Shown here: piece by piece, positions 19,602 through 29,991 of the stretch | How positions within the stretch are numbered: the first letter of the stretch is position 1 | How the letters are laid out: each line of letters opens with the position of its first letter | Assembly: GCA_963804645.1 (NCBI GenBank) | Contig: CAWDRG010000009.1 | Span: 512,001 to 576,000, forward strand | Source of the DNA: an uncultured Bacillota bacterium | Lineage (GTDB): Bacteria; Sysuimicrobiota; Sysuimicrobiia; Sysuimicrobiales; Segetimicrobiaceae | Reading direction: 5' to 3' | DNA: 64,000 bases | The notes under the pieces: model-generated | The model's input: the letters and a program-made list of their open reading frames with translations, nothing else | Databases searched by the model: none | Told to the model about the DNA's origin: nothing | Made by a program: the position numbers and the translations under genes

Positions 19602-19652
19602 CGGGCGCGGGCGGCGCTGGAAGCGCGCGCGCCCGCGGGGTACGATGGGGGC

Positions 19653-20474
19653 GTGAACGCGCAGAGGCGGCGAGGTGCTCCCCGGCTACTGCCCGCGCTC
19701 GGACTCGCGGCCGCGCTCGCGGTGGGCGTGTGGGTGCGGCCGGCCGTGGCGCAGTCGTTCGCGCGGCAGATCCCGCTGCACGGCGTGTTTGTGCTCGTCA
19801 CCATGGATCGGGTCACCTGGCAGCCCTACGAGTACGGAACGGGGTTCTTTTTCGACGCCGTCGGGGACGCGTACACCGCGTCCAACGTCGTCCGAGACGC
19901 CGTGAAGGATCCGTACCTCATGCTCGTCGCGCTGGTCGACGGCGCGGAGTACGCGGTGCACGTGGCGTGCTGGAATCCCGGCTCGACGGACCGGCCCCGG
20001 ACGCCCAACCGCGATGTCGCCGTCGTGCACGTCGGCCCGGACGTGCCCGACTTCCCGCTGTGGTCGTACCATCCCGCCACCGTACCTCTCTCCGTCGTCC
20101 CGCTGCCGATCGACGCCGGCGGGCCGCCGACCGACGGGCAGAGCGTCCGGGTCGTGGGATTCGGCGGCCGCCGCGGGGGCCGCATTCCGGAGCAAGACAC
20201 ACCGGGGAGCGTGCGCGACGTGCGGCGCGCCGCCGACGGGACGGAGATCCTGACGGTCGCGTTCCCGGGCGGCGGCCCCGTGAACGGCAACGCGGGGGCA
20301 CCGGTGGTGAATGGCGCGGGCAGCGTCATCGGGATCGCGGTGTGGCAGGTGGCGAGCGCGGGTTCCCAAGATGCGGTGGATGTCAGCGGCGTGGCGGCGG
20401 CGTCGCTCGGGTGCGTCGCCACGCTTCCGTCAGGCTCGTCCAGTCCCTTCCCGGCCCCGGTGCGGCCCCTCTAG
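19653..20474 (+). CDS. secreted trypsin-like (S1) fold protein with degenerate catalytic triad
   Basis: Signal peptide (PAVA|QS); GTGFF, TASNVV, DVAVV, VVGFG, GNAGAPVVN..G.VIGI. Confidence 0.75.
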   Translation: MNAQRRRGAPRLLPALGLAAALAVGVWVRPAVAQSFARQIPLHGVFVLVTMDRVTWQPYEYGTGFFFDAVGDAYTASNVVRDAVKDPYLMLVALVDGAEYAVHVACWNPGSTDRPRTPNRDVAVVHVGPDVPDFPLWSYHPATVPLSVVPLPIDAGGPPTDGQSVRVVGFGGRRGGRIPEQDTPGSVRDVRRAADGTEILTVAFPGGGPVNGNAGAPVVNGAGSVIGIAVWQVASAGSQDAVDVSGVAAASLGCVATLPSGSSSPFPAPVRPL

Positions 20475-20511
20475 CGGCGGACACCCGACGCGCGCGGCCG
20501 GCCCTCTCAGG

Positions 20512-21501
20512 CTACGGCATCTCGACGACGGCCTTGCAGAAGCCGGGCGATTTCGTCTCGAGCGCGCCGAACGCCGCGTGAATCTCGTCCAGGCCGAACC
20601 GGTGCGTGATCAGCGAGGCCACGTCGATCTGCCCGGTCTCGAGCAGGCGGAGCCCGGTTCGCACGCACGCCGTTTTCACGTCGAGCCTGCGTTCGTGGGC
20701 GTTCTGCACATCGAGCGCTTTCCAGTTCCAGAGCTGCAGGTGCACGTGTCGCCAGCCGCCGCCCTCGTTGTGGTAGCCGAGGATGGAGATCTGCCCATGC
20801 TCGCGCGCGAGTTCGCCGGCGAGCGTCAATCCCGGCTGCGTGCCGGACGCTTCGACCGCCACGTCCACGCCCCACCCGGGTTCCATGACCCGCCGCTGAG
20901 GGACCCGCAGCCGCTCCGGGAGCCGGTCGGGCGTATAGGCGTCGTGCGCGCCCAGGCGCCTGGCCGCCTCCAGGGCGTCGGCGCGGATGTCGATCGCGAT
21001 GATGCGGCTCGCGCCCCGCAGGCGCACCGCCTGCAGCATCAGCAGCCCCATGAAGCCCACGCCGATGATCGCGACCGTGTCCCCGAGCTCGACGCGCGTC
21101 CGGGCCGCGGCGCCCACGATGCACGCCAGCGGCTCACCGAGCGCGTCGCGCACGGCGAGGCCGTCGGGGATCGGCACCACGCGGTCCTCGGTCGCAATGG
21201 CGTCCTCGGAGAAGCCCCCCCTGAACAGGCCGGTCACGGCCGCGCCCGGCTTCACGGCCGTCACGTCCGTCCCGACCTCGACCACCTCGCCGGCGACCTC
21301 ATGTCCGAGCTCGAGGGGCGCCCCCTGGGGACCGGTCTTCCACTCCGGCTGCTCCGACGCGCACACACCGCACATGCGCACGCGGACCCGGACCTCCCGC
21401 GGCGCGAGGGCGCGCGGCGGCCGCGCCTCGAACTCAAAGCGGCGCGGGCCGACCAGCAGCGCATGCCGCGGACGGCGATCTTCCCGGAGCATTCGATTCA
21501 C
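20512..21501 (-). CDS. zinc-binding alcohol dehydrogenase (MDR) family protein
   Basis: CGVCASE, LGHE, GVGFMG, ITHRF; no structural-Zn Cys cluster. Confidence 0.88.
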   Translation of the reverse strand: MNRMLREDRRPRHALLVGPRRFEFEARPPRALAPREVRVRVRMCGVCASEQPEWKTGPQGAPLELGHEVAGEVVEVGTDVTAVKPGAAVTGLFRGGFSEDAIATEDRVVPIPDGLAVRDALGEPLACIVGAAARTRVELGDTVAIIGVGFMGLLMLQAVRLRGASRIIAIDIRADALEAARRLGAHDAYTPDRLPERLRVPQRRVMEPGWGVDVAVEASGTQPGLTLAGELAREHGQISILGYHNEGGGWRHVHLQLWNWKALDVQNAHERRLDVKTACVRTGLRLLETGQIDVASLITHRFGLDEIHAAFGALETKSPGFCKAVVEMP

Positions 21502-21510
21502 GGGGGCCTC

Positions 21511-22383
21511 CTACTGTTTGACCGATCCGGCGAGGGCGCCCTGCACCATGTAACGCTGCGCGAAGAGGACGAAGAGGAACGCGGGAATCAGGGCGAGCGT
21601 GCTCGCCGCGAACAGCGGCCCCCAGTTCGTCTGGTACTCGGCGACGAAGACGAACACGCCCACCGGGATCGTCTCCGCGTGGGGGTTGCGCAGGAACACG
21701 GACGCGATCAGGAACTCGTTCCACGACAAGAGGAACGAGAAGATCGAGATCGCGGCGACCCCCGGACCGGACAGCGGGAGCGCGATGCGCCAGAAGCTGC
21801 CGAAGTGCGAGCAGCCGTCCACCCAGGCCGCTTCTTCCATTTCCCGCGGCATGCCGTCGAAGAAGCCCTTCGCCATCCAGATGCCGTAGGGCAGCACGCC
21901 GGCGACGTACAGCGGCACCACGGAGAACCACGAGTTGATCAGCCGGAGATAGCCGAACAGGATGAACAGCGGGATTAGCTCCAGCATGATCGGAAACATC
22001 TGCAGGATCAGCACGGACCGCGCGTACCCCGCGGTGAACGCGTTCACGGTCCGCGAGAGGCTGTAGCCGGCCAGGATCGCGACGGTCACGCTGATGACGG
22101 TGGTCAGCACCGTGACCGAGACGCTCGTCCGTACGAAGCTCCAGAAGTCCGTCTGCGTCCCGAGGATGTGATAGTTCGACAGCGTCCAATGAAGCGGAAG
22201 GATGGAGTTCGTGATCAGGAACTCCTCGGTCGATTTCAGCGAGTTCACGAGAACCACCAGCACGGGGATGTTCGCCCCGATCGCCAGCACGACGAGGGCC
22301 CACACCCGCAGTCGGTGCCCGCGCCGGCGCGCGCCGGCCGCCCTGACCGCGAACGGCGCCGCGCCGGCGGCCGCCGCGCTCAT
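21511..22383 (-). CDS. carbohydrate ABC transporter permease
   Basis: MEEAAWVDG, SWNEFL, AQRYMVQG. Confidence 0.92.
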   Translation of the reverse strand: MSAAAAGAAPFAVRAAGARRRGHRLRVWALVVLAIGANIPVLVVLVNSLKSTEEFLITNSILPLHWTLSNYHILGTQTDFWSFVRTSVSVTVLTTVISVTVAILAGYSLSRTVNAFTAGYARSVLILQMFPIMLELIPLFILFGYLRLINSWFSVVPLYVAGVLPYGIWMAKGFFDGMPREMEEAAWVDGCSHFGSFWRIALPLSGPGVAAISIFSFLLSWNEFLIASVFLRNPHAETIPVGVFVFVAEYQTNWGPLFAASTLALIPAFLFVLFAQRYMVQGALAGSVKQ

Positions 22384-23333
22384 CGGGCCGCCTCCACGGG
22401 TGCGGCGGCGACGACTTCACGGCGGGACCGCAGCAGCAGGAGGGCCAGGGCCATCAGCACCAGCAGGCTGATGATCGCCACCGCCGCCCCGTACCCGACG
22501 TTGTCGCCGATGAACGTGTAGTTGTACGACAGGACCATCAGGTTCATGGTCGCGGTCCCCGGACCGCCCTGCGTGAGCAGCCAGATCGTCTCGAAATCGT
22601 GGATCGAGAAGATCGCCATCATGATCCACAGCACCACCGACAGGGTCGCGATGTGCGGCCACGCGATGTGCTTGAACCACGCGATCCGGCCGGCGCCGTC
22701 GGCCGCCGCGGCCTCGGTCAAGTTGGGATCGATCGTCTGCAGGGCCGCGAGGCAGGACACCATCATGAACGGGTACGAGCGCCAGACCTTGACGAGCGTC
22801 ACCGTAAACGCCGCCCACCCGGGGGTGGCGAAGAACGGGATCGATGACATGCCGAGCGCGTGGAGCATCACGTCGACCGGGCCGTTTTGGATCATCAGCC
22901 AGCGGAAGCTCTGGGTGCTCACGATCGACGGGATGATCCACGGGATCAGCAGGGCGCCCCGGTACAGGCCTCGACCGGCGAGCTCCGCGTTGAGCAGCAG
23001 CGCGAGGCCGAGGCCGATCAGGTAACTGCCGACGACGGTGCCGACCGTAAAGATCGCGGTGAAGACGACGGAGTGCTGGAAATCCGGGTCCTGAAGCAGC
23101 TGCGCGTAGTTATCGAGCCCGACGAATCCGCCGAGATCCAGCAGCGACCCGCCCCGAAGGCTGTACGAGAGGCCGACGATGAACGGGTACCCCATGATCA
23201 GGACGAAGATCAGGAGCGACGGTGCGAGGAAGGCGTACGGGAGCCAATCGATCGGCCGGCGCCGGGGGGCCTGTGTCAGGACCCCCCGGCGCGGCATGAG
23301 CGGAGCCGCTTCCGCCGATATTCGCCTGGCCAC
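22380..23333 (-). CDS. carbohydrate ABC transporter permease
   Basis: LTEAAAADGA, LLTQGGPG, GYGAA; 4-bp overlap with the next gene. Confidence 0.92.
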   Translation of the reverse strand: MARRISAEAAPLMPRRGVLTQAPRRRPIDWLPYAFLAPSLLIFVLIMGYPFIVGLSYSLRGGSLLDLGGFVGLDNYAQLLQDPDFQHSVVFTAIFTVGTVVGSYLIGLGLALLLNAELAGRGLYRGALLIPWIIPSIVSTQSFRWLMIQNGPVDVMLHALGMSSIPFFATPGWAAFTVTLVKVWRSYPFMMVSCLAALQTIDPNLTEAAAADGAGRIAWFKHIAWPHIATLSVVLWIMMAIFSIHDFETIWLLTQGGPGTATMNLMVLSYNYTFIGDNVGYGAAVAIISLLVLMALALLLLRSRREVVAAAPVEAAR

Positions 23334-23357
23334 GATCTCTCGGGGCGCGCCCGCCTC

Positions 23358-24678
23358 TTACGCGGACCGCTTCATGATCGTCTCGATGCTCTTCTGCGCG
23401 GTCCCGAGCGCCTGCTTGGGATCCTTCCCGGACAGGAGGTCGTTGACGAGCACGGCCAGTTCGCCGATGCCCTCCACGGAGTTCAGCTGCGGGAACAGCG
23501 TCGGATAGTGCGTGCCCATCGTCCGTCCGACCGGGATCCACTCGGCTCTGGATCCGCTTGGCGATCGGGTTATTGAAGTACGGGTTCGCGGCCACGGACT
23601 TCCGCACCGGCACCTGCTGGGCGTGGCCTTCGTAGAACAGCGGTCCGTTGTTGACCGCCCACCACTTGATCCACGCCTTCCCGCCCTCGGGGTCCTTGCT
23701 CTTGCTGAACGCGAAGCAGTTGTTGACCCAGTACAGGGCGCCCTTGTCCCCGTGCGGTCCCGTGGGCGGGGTCAGCAGATCCATCTTGCCGGCCAGCGAC
23801 GGCAGGAGCGCCGGCAGGGCCGGCTGGTTGATGTAGATGGCCGCCTGGCCCTCGGCGAACGCCTTGGTGGCGTCGTCCTTGCTGTTGCCTGGGGCGTTGG
23901 GGCTGATGTAGCCGCGCTTGACCAGGTTGGACAGGAAGGTGGCCGATTCGACGTTGCGCTCGCTCACGACCGCGACGTTCCGCTGCGCGTCGAACAGGCC
24001 GCCGCCGTTCTCGAAGAAGAAGTTCATCATCTGCTGCCAGCCGAACTGGCCGGACGCGAACGACTGGAGGTAGATGTTCTTGGCCTTCAGCGCCGCGCCG
24101 ACCTTCATCATGTCGTCCCAGTTCTTCGGCTCTGTCAGCCCGTTCTGCTGCAGGATGTCCTTCCGGTAGTACGCGACGCGGATGTCCATGCCGCTCGGCA
24201 GGCCGACGTAGTGCCCCTGCCATCTCATGAGATCCAGGATGCCGGGGAAGAAGTCGTTGTACGTGCCTTCCGTCTTATACGCGGCGACGACGTCGTCGAG
24301 GATGGACGTCTGGCCGATCGCGTTGTACTGCCACGGCATGTAGGCGGTCCCCGCCACCGCGTCCGGCTGCGTCCCCGACGCGATCGCCGTCCCGAGCTTC
24401 TCGTACCAGGTGTTGCTGCCGCCGCTCGGGATCGCGTTCCACGTCACCGAGTAGGCGCTCTGCGAGCTGCTGAACTGGGCCGCGAGCTTCTTGTCGACGT
24501 CCGCGTACTCCGGCCCGCCGCGCACCGAGATCCACCACTCGACGTCCTTCGGGGCGGCGAACGCCGCCTGGCCGCGCGCCCCCGGGCCCGCCTCGAGGAG
24601 GCCCGAGAGACCTAGCCCCGCAAGACCCACTCCGGTTCTGGTCAAGAACTGCCGTCTCGTCACGCCTCGCCCTGCCAT
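23358..24678 (-). pseudogene. Tat-exported carbohydrate ABC substrate-binding protein with a 1-bp frameshift near 23547
   Basis: TRRQFL Tat signal and SBP-1 motifs; removing one base at ~23547 restores ...IQAEWIPVGR...KSIETIMKRSA* ending at 23358, just before the permease start; real mutation or assembly error. Confidence 0.8.
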
Positions 24679-24762
24679 GTGGCTCTCCCTCCCTCTCTCC
24701 GTTTACTGCCTCCTGCCGGTCGTCGGTCCGCTCGCGGTGTCGCGAGACGCGCGCCCGCCGCG

Positions 24763-25956
24763 TCAGGCACCGCCCCTGGGATATCCGCACAGTGACTCGC
24801 TGCCTCTGGCCGTCACGATCAGGTTTTCCTCCATCCGCACGCCGCCCCACCCTTCGATGTAGACCGCCGGCTCGACGGCGAGCGCCATGCCCTCCTCGAG
24901 CACGTCGTCGCTCGCCGGATGGAGCGTCGGGATCGGGTCGTGAAACTGCAGCCCGACGCCGTGCCCGAGCTGGTGCGGAAACTTGTCGGCGAGGCCGTGC
25001 CCGGCCAGGGACTTGCGGGCGAGCGCGTCGAGGTCCCGCGCCTTCACGCCGGGCTTGACGGCGGCGATCACCGTGTCGATGGCGCCGCGGACCGCCCTGA
25101 AGAGCGTCTTCGTGCGGTCGTCGGGCTCGCCTCCCACCACGAACGTGCGCGTGAGGTCGCCGAAGTACCCATCGGCGAACGTGTTGAGTTCGACCAGCAC
25201 GGGCTCGCCCGCCGCGAGCTTCTTCGCGGTCGACATGCAGAACGGGCGCCACGAGTTGGCCGAGTTCGGCCCGGACATCGCGAAGCAGAACCCGCGGGCG
25301 CGCTCGGTCCCCCGGTGCCCCACGCCGGCGCCGTACGCGCGCGCCTCGACGGCGCCCGCGACCGCGGCCTCCGTCACGCCCGCCCGGATGGCCTCCGCGG
25401 CGGCCTCATATCCAAACGCCGCGATCTCGTTGGCGCGGCGGATCGCGTCGATCTCCGCCGCCGACTTGACCGCGCGGCTGCGCAGCAGGACAGGCGTCGC
25501 GTCGACCAGGGTCGCGCCCGGCGCGCTCTCACGCACCATGCGCAGGGTGGTCTCGGCGATGACGCGCGCTTCCCCCGCGACGTTGTTCGCCGCCACGAGT
25601 TCGAAGCTGCCCTCGTACCCGATCCGGGCCTTTCCCAATCCTTTGTCGGCGACCACGCGCTCGAGCACCGGCTTCGTGTCGCGGTTCGCGTTCGCCATCT
25701 TGTCCATGTTGACAAACCGGTACGGGCGCACGTCCGCGACCCAGCCCCGCTTCACGTAGTCGAGCTCCGAGAACGGCGGGATGAGGGTCACGTCGCCGTC
25801 CTTCGTGACGACCGCCGTCGACGCCCCGATCACCGGCCAGTACCCGGTGACGTACAGGACGTTCTCGGGCAGGCGGCAGACGAGCGCATCGAGGCCCGCC
25901 TGCTTCATGCCGTCCCGGAGCCGGGTCAGGCGCTCCGTGTCCACCGGGTTAGCCAT
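24763..25956 (-). CDS. M24 family (Xaa-Pro peptidase/creatinase fold) hydrolase
   Basis: Creatinase-N-like start, KSAAEI, GYFGDLTRT, HQLGHGVGL, VEP, GGVRMEE. Confidence 0.9.
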   Translation of the reverse strand: MANPVDTERLTRLRDGMKQAGLDALVCRLPENVLYVTGYWPVIGASTAVVTKDGDVTLIPPFSELDYVKRGWVADVRPYRFVNMDKMANANRDTKPVLERVVADKGLGKARIGYEGSFELVAANNVAGEARVIAETTLRMVRESAPGATLVDATPVLLRSRAVKSAAEIDAIRRANEIAAFGYEAAAEAIRAGVTEAAVAGAVEARAYGAGVGHRGTERARGFCFAMSGPNSANSWRPFCMSTAKKLAAGEPVLVELNTFADGYFGDLTRTFVVGGEPDDRTKTLFRAVRGAIDTVIAAVKPGVKARDLDALARKSLAGHGLADKFPHQLGHGVGLQFHDPIPTLHPASDDVLEEGMALAVEPAVYIEGWGGVRMEENLIVTARGSESLCGYPRGGA

Positions 25957-26920
25957 ACACGAAGTCGGGCTCGTCCGGCCCGCCCCACTCGATCTTGATG
26001 CCCTGGGCGGCGGCCAGTTTCCTGATGTAGTACACTGCGGCGAGCGTCTCCTTGATGAACGCGTCCGTCGCGGTGGGGTGCCGGTACACGCCCGGCGACG
26101 CCGCGCGTCCCCGAGAGACGCCCGGCACGTCTTCCAGCTCGATCGAGATGACGCCGTCGAACTTCACGTCGCGCAGCGCCACCAGGACCGCGGTCCAGTC
26201 GATCTTGCCCTTGCCCGGGCGCCAGTGCACGTTCGTGGTGCCGTCGTTGTCGGAGAAATGGCAGTGGAACAGACGGTCGCGCAGCTGGTAGATCACGGCG
26301 TGCGGGATCTCCCCGACCGGGAACAGGTGGCTCGGGTCGAAGTTGACGCCGAGCACCGGGGACTTCACGTGCTCCATCAGCCGCAGCATCGACGCGGTGT
26401 TGGCCATGTACCGGAACGGGTGGGGTTCCATCGAATACCGGAGGCCGGCGGCCTGCACGATGTCCGCGCACTGCCGGACGGAGTCGACGTAGATCTCCCA
26501 GTTCCGCTTCCAGTCCAGCCCGGCCGGGTAGTCGGCCTGAAACACCTGCATATGGGGCCGGTCGGTGATGCGCGGCACCTCAATGTTGAACGGATAGGCC
26601 GAGACGGAGTCGATGAGCTTGGCGCCGAGCTTGGCCGCGACGTCGACGCAGCGCTTGAACAGCTCGATCGACTGCTTCTTCTCCGCGGGGTCGTCGCTCG
26701 ACACGCCCTTCGGGTTGTTGACGAACTGCGAGATCTCGAGTCCCTCGGACGCCACGAGGTCGCGGAGCTCCCGGATCTTTTGGGGGGTGTAGTACTCGAG
26801 AAACTCCTCGTTCCAGACGATCAGTTCGACGGCCTTGAAGCCGAGCTTGGCGATTCTGCGCACTTCGTCGTCGTACGGCGGATCCCAGCGAAACGGCCAG
26901 ACCGATGCCCCGAACTTCAT
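25949..26920 (-). CDS. sugar phosphate isomerase/epimerase (xylose-isomerase-like TIM barrel)
   Basis: GFKAVEL, MEPHP, NFDPSHL, HCHFSD, PGKGKIDW, SIELE; AAGGAGG RBS. Confidence 0.88.
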   Translation of the reverse strand: MKFGASVWPFRWDPPYDDEVRRIAKLGFKAVELIVWNEEFLEYYTPQKIRELRDLVASEGLEISQFVNNPKGVSSDDPAEKKQSIELFKRCVDVAAKLGAKLIDSVSAYPFNIEVPRITDRPHMQVFQADYPAGLDWKRNWEIYVDSVRQCADIVQAAGLRYSMEPHPFRYMANTASMLRLMEHVKSPVLGVNFDPSHLFPVGEIPHAVIYQLRDRLFHCHFSDNDGTTNVHWRPGKGKIDWTAVLVALRDVKFDGVISIELEDVPGVSRGRAASPGVYRHPTATDAFIKETLAAVYYIRKLAAAQGIKIEWGGPDEPDFVYG

Positions 26921-27090
26921 TCCATCCTCCTTTAGGTGCCGGACTGATGCGCTGATGCTGCCGTCGTGCCCGCTCCCGAATCAAGACCACCAGAGCCGCT
27001 CCCACCTGGGGGCGCGGCTCCGATACTCGGGTCTCTGGGCCAAGCGTTCCACGGCCGCTCCGCGAACCCCTGCGCAGCACGCCCCGGCCG

Positions 27091-27678
27091 TCAGCGGCGG
27101 TGGAACACGATCGCGTAGCTGTATGGCCCGAACGAAACGGGCGGATCCGGGTCGAGCCCCGCCGCCCGCAGCCACTCGGACGCACGGTCCTCAGGCACCC
27201 GGACGTCGAGGGGAGGCCCAGCCGGGCTCTCGCGGGGCGCCCAGTCGGCGGCGAGGCCGCGGCCTCCGGGCCGCAGCACCCGCCGGAGCTCGCGCAGGAA
27301 CGCGGCCGGGTCCTCGAGCTCGTGAAGGAGGAAGGTGGCGAGCACGCGCCCGCAGCTCTCGCCGTGGAGCGGCAGCAGCGATTCCTGCGAGAGCACCGGG
27401 CGCACGTGGGCGATCTCCTCGGCGGCCAGCCGCCCGCGCAGCAGCGCCAGCATCTCCGGCCGGATGTCGACGGCGAACACCCGGCCTCCCGGCTGCACGA
27501 GCCGGGCGATCGGAATCGTCAGAAACCCCGGACCGCATCCGACGTCGGCGACGACCTGCCCGGGATGGAGATCGAGCATCGCCAGCGCCTCGGCCGGCGG
27601 ATGCAGCTGCGCCCGGTCGTCCGAGAGCAACCGGGCGGCGTTGGCCGGATCGAACTTGTGAAACCTGTGGGGCTCCAT
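27091..27678 (-). CDS. class I SAM-dependent methyltransferase
   Basis: VADVGCGPG, AVDI, LHE, LRPGG, DW; AAGGAGG RBS before ATG 27678. Confidence 0.88.
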   Translation of the reverse strand: MEPHRFHKFDPANAARLLSDDRAQLHPPAEALAMLDLHPGQVVADVGCGPGFLTIPIARLVQPGGRVFAVDIRPEMLALLRGRLAAEEIAHVRPVLSQESLLPLHGESCGRVLATFLLHELEDPAAFLRELRRVLRPGGRGLAADWAPRESPAGPPLDVRVPEDRASEWLRAAGLDPDPPVSFGPYSYAIVFHRR

Positions 27679-27939
27679 CGCGATGCCTCCTTGCGCGGGC
27701 GACGCGCCGGCGCCGCGCGGTCCACGCCACATCCGGAGGATTCGACGGCGGATGGCCCCGATCTTCGTTACGCCGTGTGCACGAAAGCCGGGTACCGGGT
27801 TCGTACGTTGATAGTGTTACCTGTGTCCCAGGAACCATCCCGTCCTATCGTCACGCGACGCGGTGCTGCGCGGTCGTCGCGACGCCGTGGCTCGTGACCG
27901 CGCCGGTCCGGGGCACGACGTCGTGCCGCGGGCGAAGGC

Positions 27940-28156
27940 AATGAGTGTCGAGACCCAGGTGCGTGTGGTGGTCGCGTCCGCGGCGGCGCGCAGTGCGGGC
28001 AGGGGAGCGAGTTGCGGCGAGGAGCGAACGAAATGGCCGGGCACAGTAAGCACCGAATAGCCAAGTGCCTCGGCTTTGCGCGCGCGCTCTCCACCCAGGC
28101 CTTCCGAGTGGTCGCGCGAGCCATGCGTGCCCCGAATCGAAAAGGTCTGGACGGCG
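27940..28156 (-). pseudogene. 5' remnant of an LLM-class (F420/flavin) oxidoreductase
   Basis: RPFRFG...WVESAR in one frame continues as KAEALGYSVLTVPGHF...QLAPLPALRAAADATT in another, with the shift in a GC dinucleotide run at ~28077-28087, then truncates. Confidence 0.65.
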
Positions 28157-28171
28157 GATGACGATGCGCCG

Positions 28172-29062
28172 CTACGCCCATTCGGGAAACACCTGTTTCC
28201 AATTCTCGTGGATAATCCGGTCCTGGATGTCCTGCGGTATCTTGGGTAAATTGGTCCCTTCGACCGGCGCATTCACGTTGTGCAAGCCGTTGATGACGTT
28301 GGTGATCGTGCCTGAGGGGAAGTCAGACGCGAGGAGGATCTTGTGATCAACGCCGTACTCCATCGCCGTGACCATCGCCTGCCAATATCGCCAGGGACGG
28401 TAGTGGACCGCGCTGATGTCGGTGTAGACGTTCGGGCATTTGCGGATCAGGACAATCACATCCTCTTCCCAGGGGTGGCCCAGGTGGGCGATGATCATCC
28501 GCAGGTCGGGAAACTCCATGGCGATATCCTCTAACTGGAGCGGCTGCGCCCACTTGAGCCGCGCGCGGGTGGGAAACGTTGTGCCCTGGTGCCACATGAT
28601 CGGCAAATTCAGATCCTGGCATTTCTTGAAGAGCGGCCAATGCTTCTTGTCCTGGGGATCGAAATGCTGGTACGTGGGACCGAGTTTTAGACCACGAAGG
28701 CCCAACCGCGTGACGCAGTGCTCGAGCTGTTCGACACAGTCTGGCTCGTTTGGATCAACCGACGCCCATCCCACCAGTTTCTCAGGATGCTGCCGCACGT
28801 AGTCGGCAATCAACTCATTCGGAACCCAGATACCCGACGCCCGGGCCTGGAGGCCGAACACGACCACCTTGTCGGCCGGCTCGGAAACCTTCCAATGCAC
28901 CTCGGGCGTCGAATCGTACGAATGGAGGTCCAACTGTGCCGCGTGCGCCTGCCCGCCCGACCGCCGGAGTTTCACGAGTTTGCTGGCCAGAGCTTCCTCC
29001 GCGTATTGCTGTGCGAGGTGGTCCGGGTACCACATCAGGTGAGTATGGCAGTCGACGATCAC
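28172..29062 (-). CDS. amidohydrolase-2 family metal-dependent hydrolase/decarboxylase
   Basis: IVDCHTH, GLKLGP, HQG, IAHLGHPW, TDIS, ASDFP. Confidence 0.9.
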   Translation of the reverse strand: MIVDCHTHLMWYPDHLAQQYAEEALASKLVKLRRSGGQAHAAQLDLHSYDSTPEVHWKVSEPADKVVVFGLQARASGIWVPNELIADYVRQHPEKLVGWASVDPNEPDCVEQLEHCVTRLGLRGLKLGPTYQHFDPQDKKHWPLFKKCQDLNLPIMWHQGTTFPTRARLKWAQPLQLEDIAMEFPDLRMIIAHLGHPWEEDVIVLIRKCPNVYTDISAVHYRPWRYWQAMVTAMEYGVDHKILLASDFPSGTITNVINGLHNVNAPVEGTNLPKIPQDIQDRIIHENWKQVFPEWA

Positions 29063-29085
29063 GGTTGCCCCTCCTGCGTCCTATT

Positions 29086-29991
29086 TCATTCCGCGAGGAT
29101 TCCGAGGTCTGCCAGCGTCCGGGTGAGATCTTCACGGTCCTGGGGGGATAGCGGAACCATCGGTAACCGCATCGTCCCACCAGGCAGGCCAAGAAGGTTC
29201 ATCGCTTCCTTGACCACGGTGATCGCATGGCCGCGTTGCCGCTCACGCAGCCTTGTGAGTGGGCGGATCTTGTCGGCGACGAGCGTGTGCAGTTCGTCGA
29301 AGCGGCCAGCGATGCCCAGGGTCCACACCGCGAGCGTAAGGCCGGGGACGAAGTTCACCAAGCCCGACGTGAACGCCTGGGCGCCGGCCGCGAAGTACGG
29401 CGCCGCGAGGGCCTCGGCCATGCCGTTGATCCACATCATGCGTCGGCCGAGGTCCTGAACGCACTCGGAGAACAACCTGAGATCTCCGCACTCGTCCTTC
29501 AGCGCGATCACCGAGTCAATCTCCGCTAATCGCCGCAGCAGAGCGAGAGATACCACGGCCGTTCTGGTACTGTACACGACCATGCCCAGACCGCACGCCC
29601 GGGCCAGCGTTTGATAATGTCTGGCGATCCCCTCGTCAGACGGTTCGACGAAATACTGGGGGTGGACCAACAGTCCATCGACGCCCACCGATGACGCGTA
29701 CTCGGCAAGGTGAGAAGCCACACGAGTACCGTGGCCGATACCAGCCAGAACCGGTACGCGACCGTGTGCGGCCTCGGCCGCGGTACGGATCGCCCCTCGA
29801 TACTCGTCCAGATCAAGCGAAAAGAACTCACCCATCCCGCCGCACACGACGACCGCGTGCACACCAGCGTGCACGAGGTAATCCACATGCTTAGCCAGTC
29901 CGTCGACGTCCAACGTATCGCGGGACGTGAACGGCGTTGGGGTGAATGCCAGGACACCCCTGAGCCGGGCCTTCAGTGCGTCAGGCTTCAC
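29086..29991 (-). CDS. dihydrodipicolinate synthase family lyase (5-dehydro-4-deoxyglucarate dehydratase-like)
   Basis: FTPTPF, GGMGEFFSL, VVY, ALKD (Schiff-base Lys), GMAE, SGLVNF. Confidence 0.85.
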   Translation of the reverse strand: MKPDALKARLRGVLAFTPTPFTSRDTLDVDGLAKHVDYLVHAGVHAVVVCGGMGEFFSLDLDEYRGAIRTAAEAAHGRVPVLAGIGHGTRVASHLAEYASSVGVDGLLVHPQYFVEPSDEGIARHYQTLARACGLGMVVYSTRTAVVSLALLRRLAEIDSVIALKDECGDLRLFSECVQDLGRRMMWINGMAEALAAPYFAAGAQAFTSGLVNFVPGLTLAVWTLGIAGRFDELHTLVADKIRPLTRLRERQRGHAITVVKEAMNLLGLPGGTMRLPMVPLSPQDREDLTRTLADLGILAE

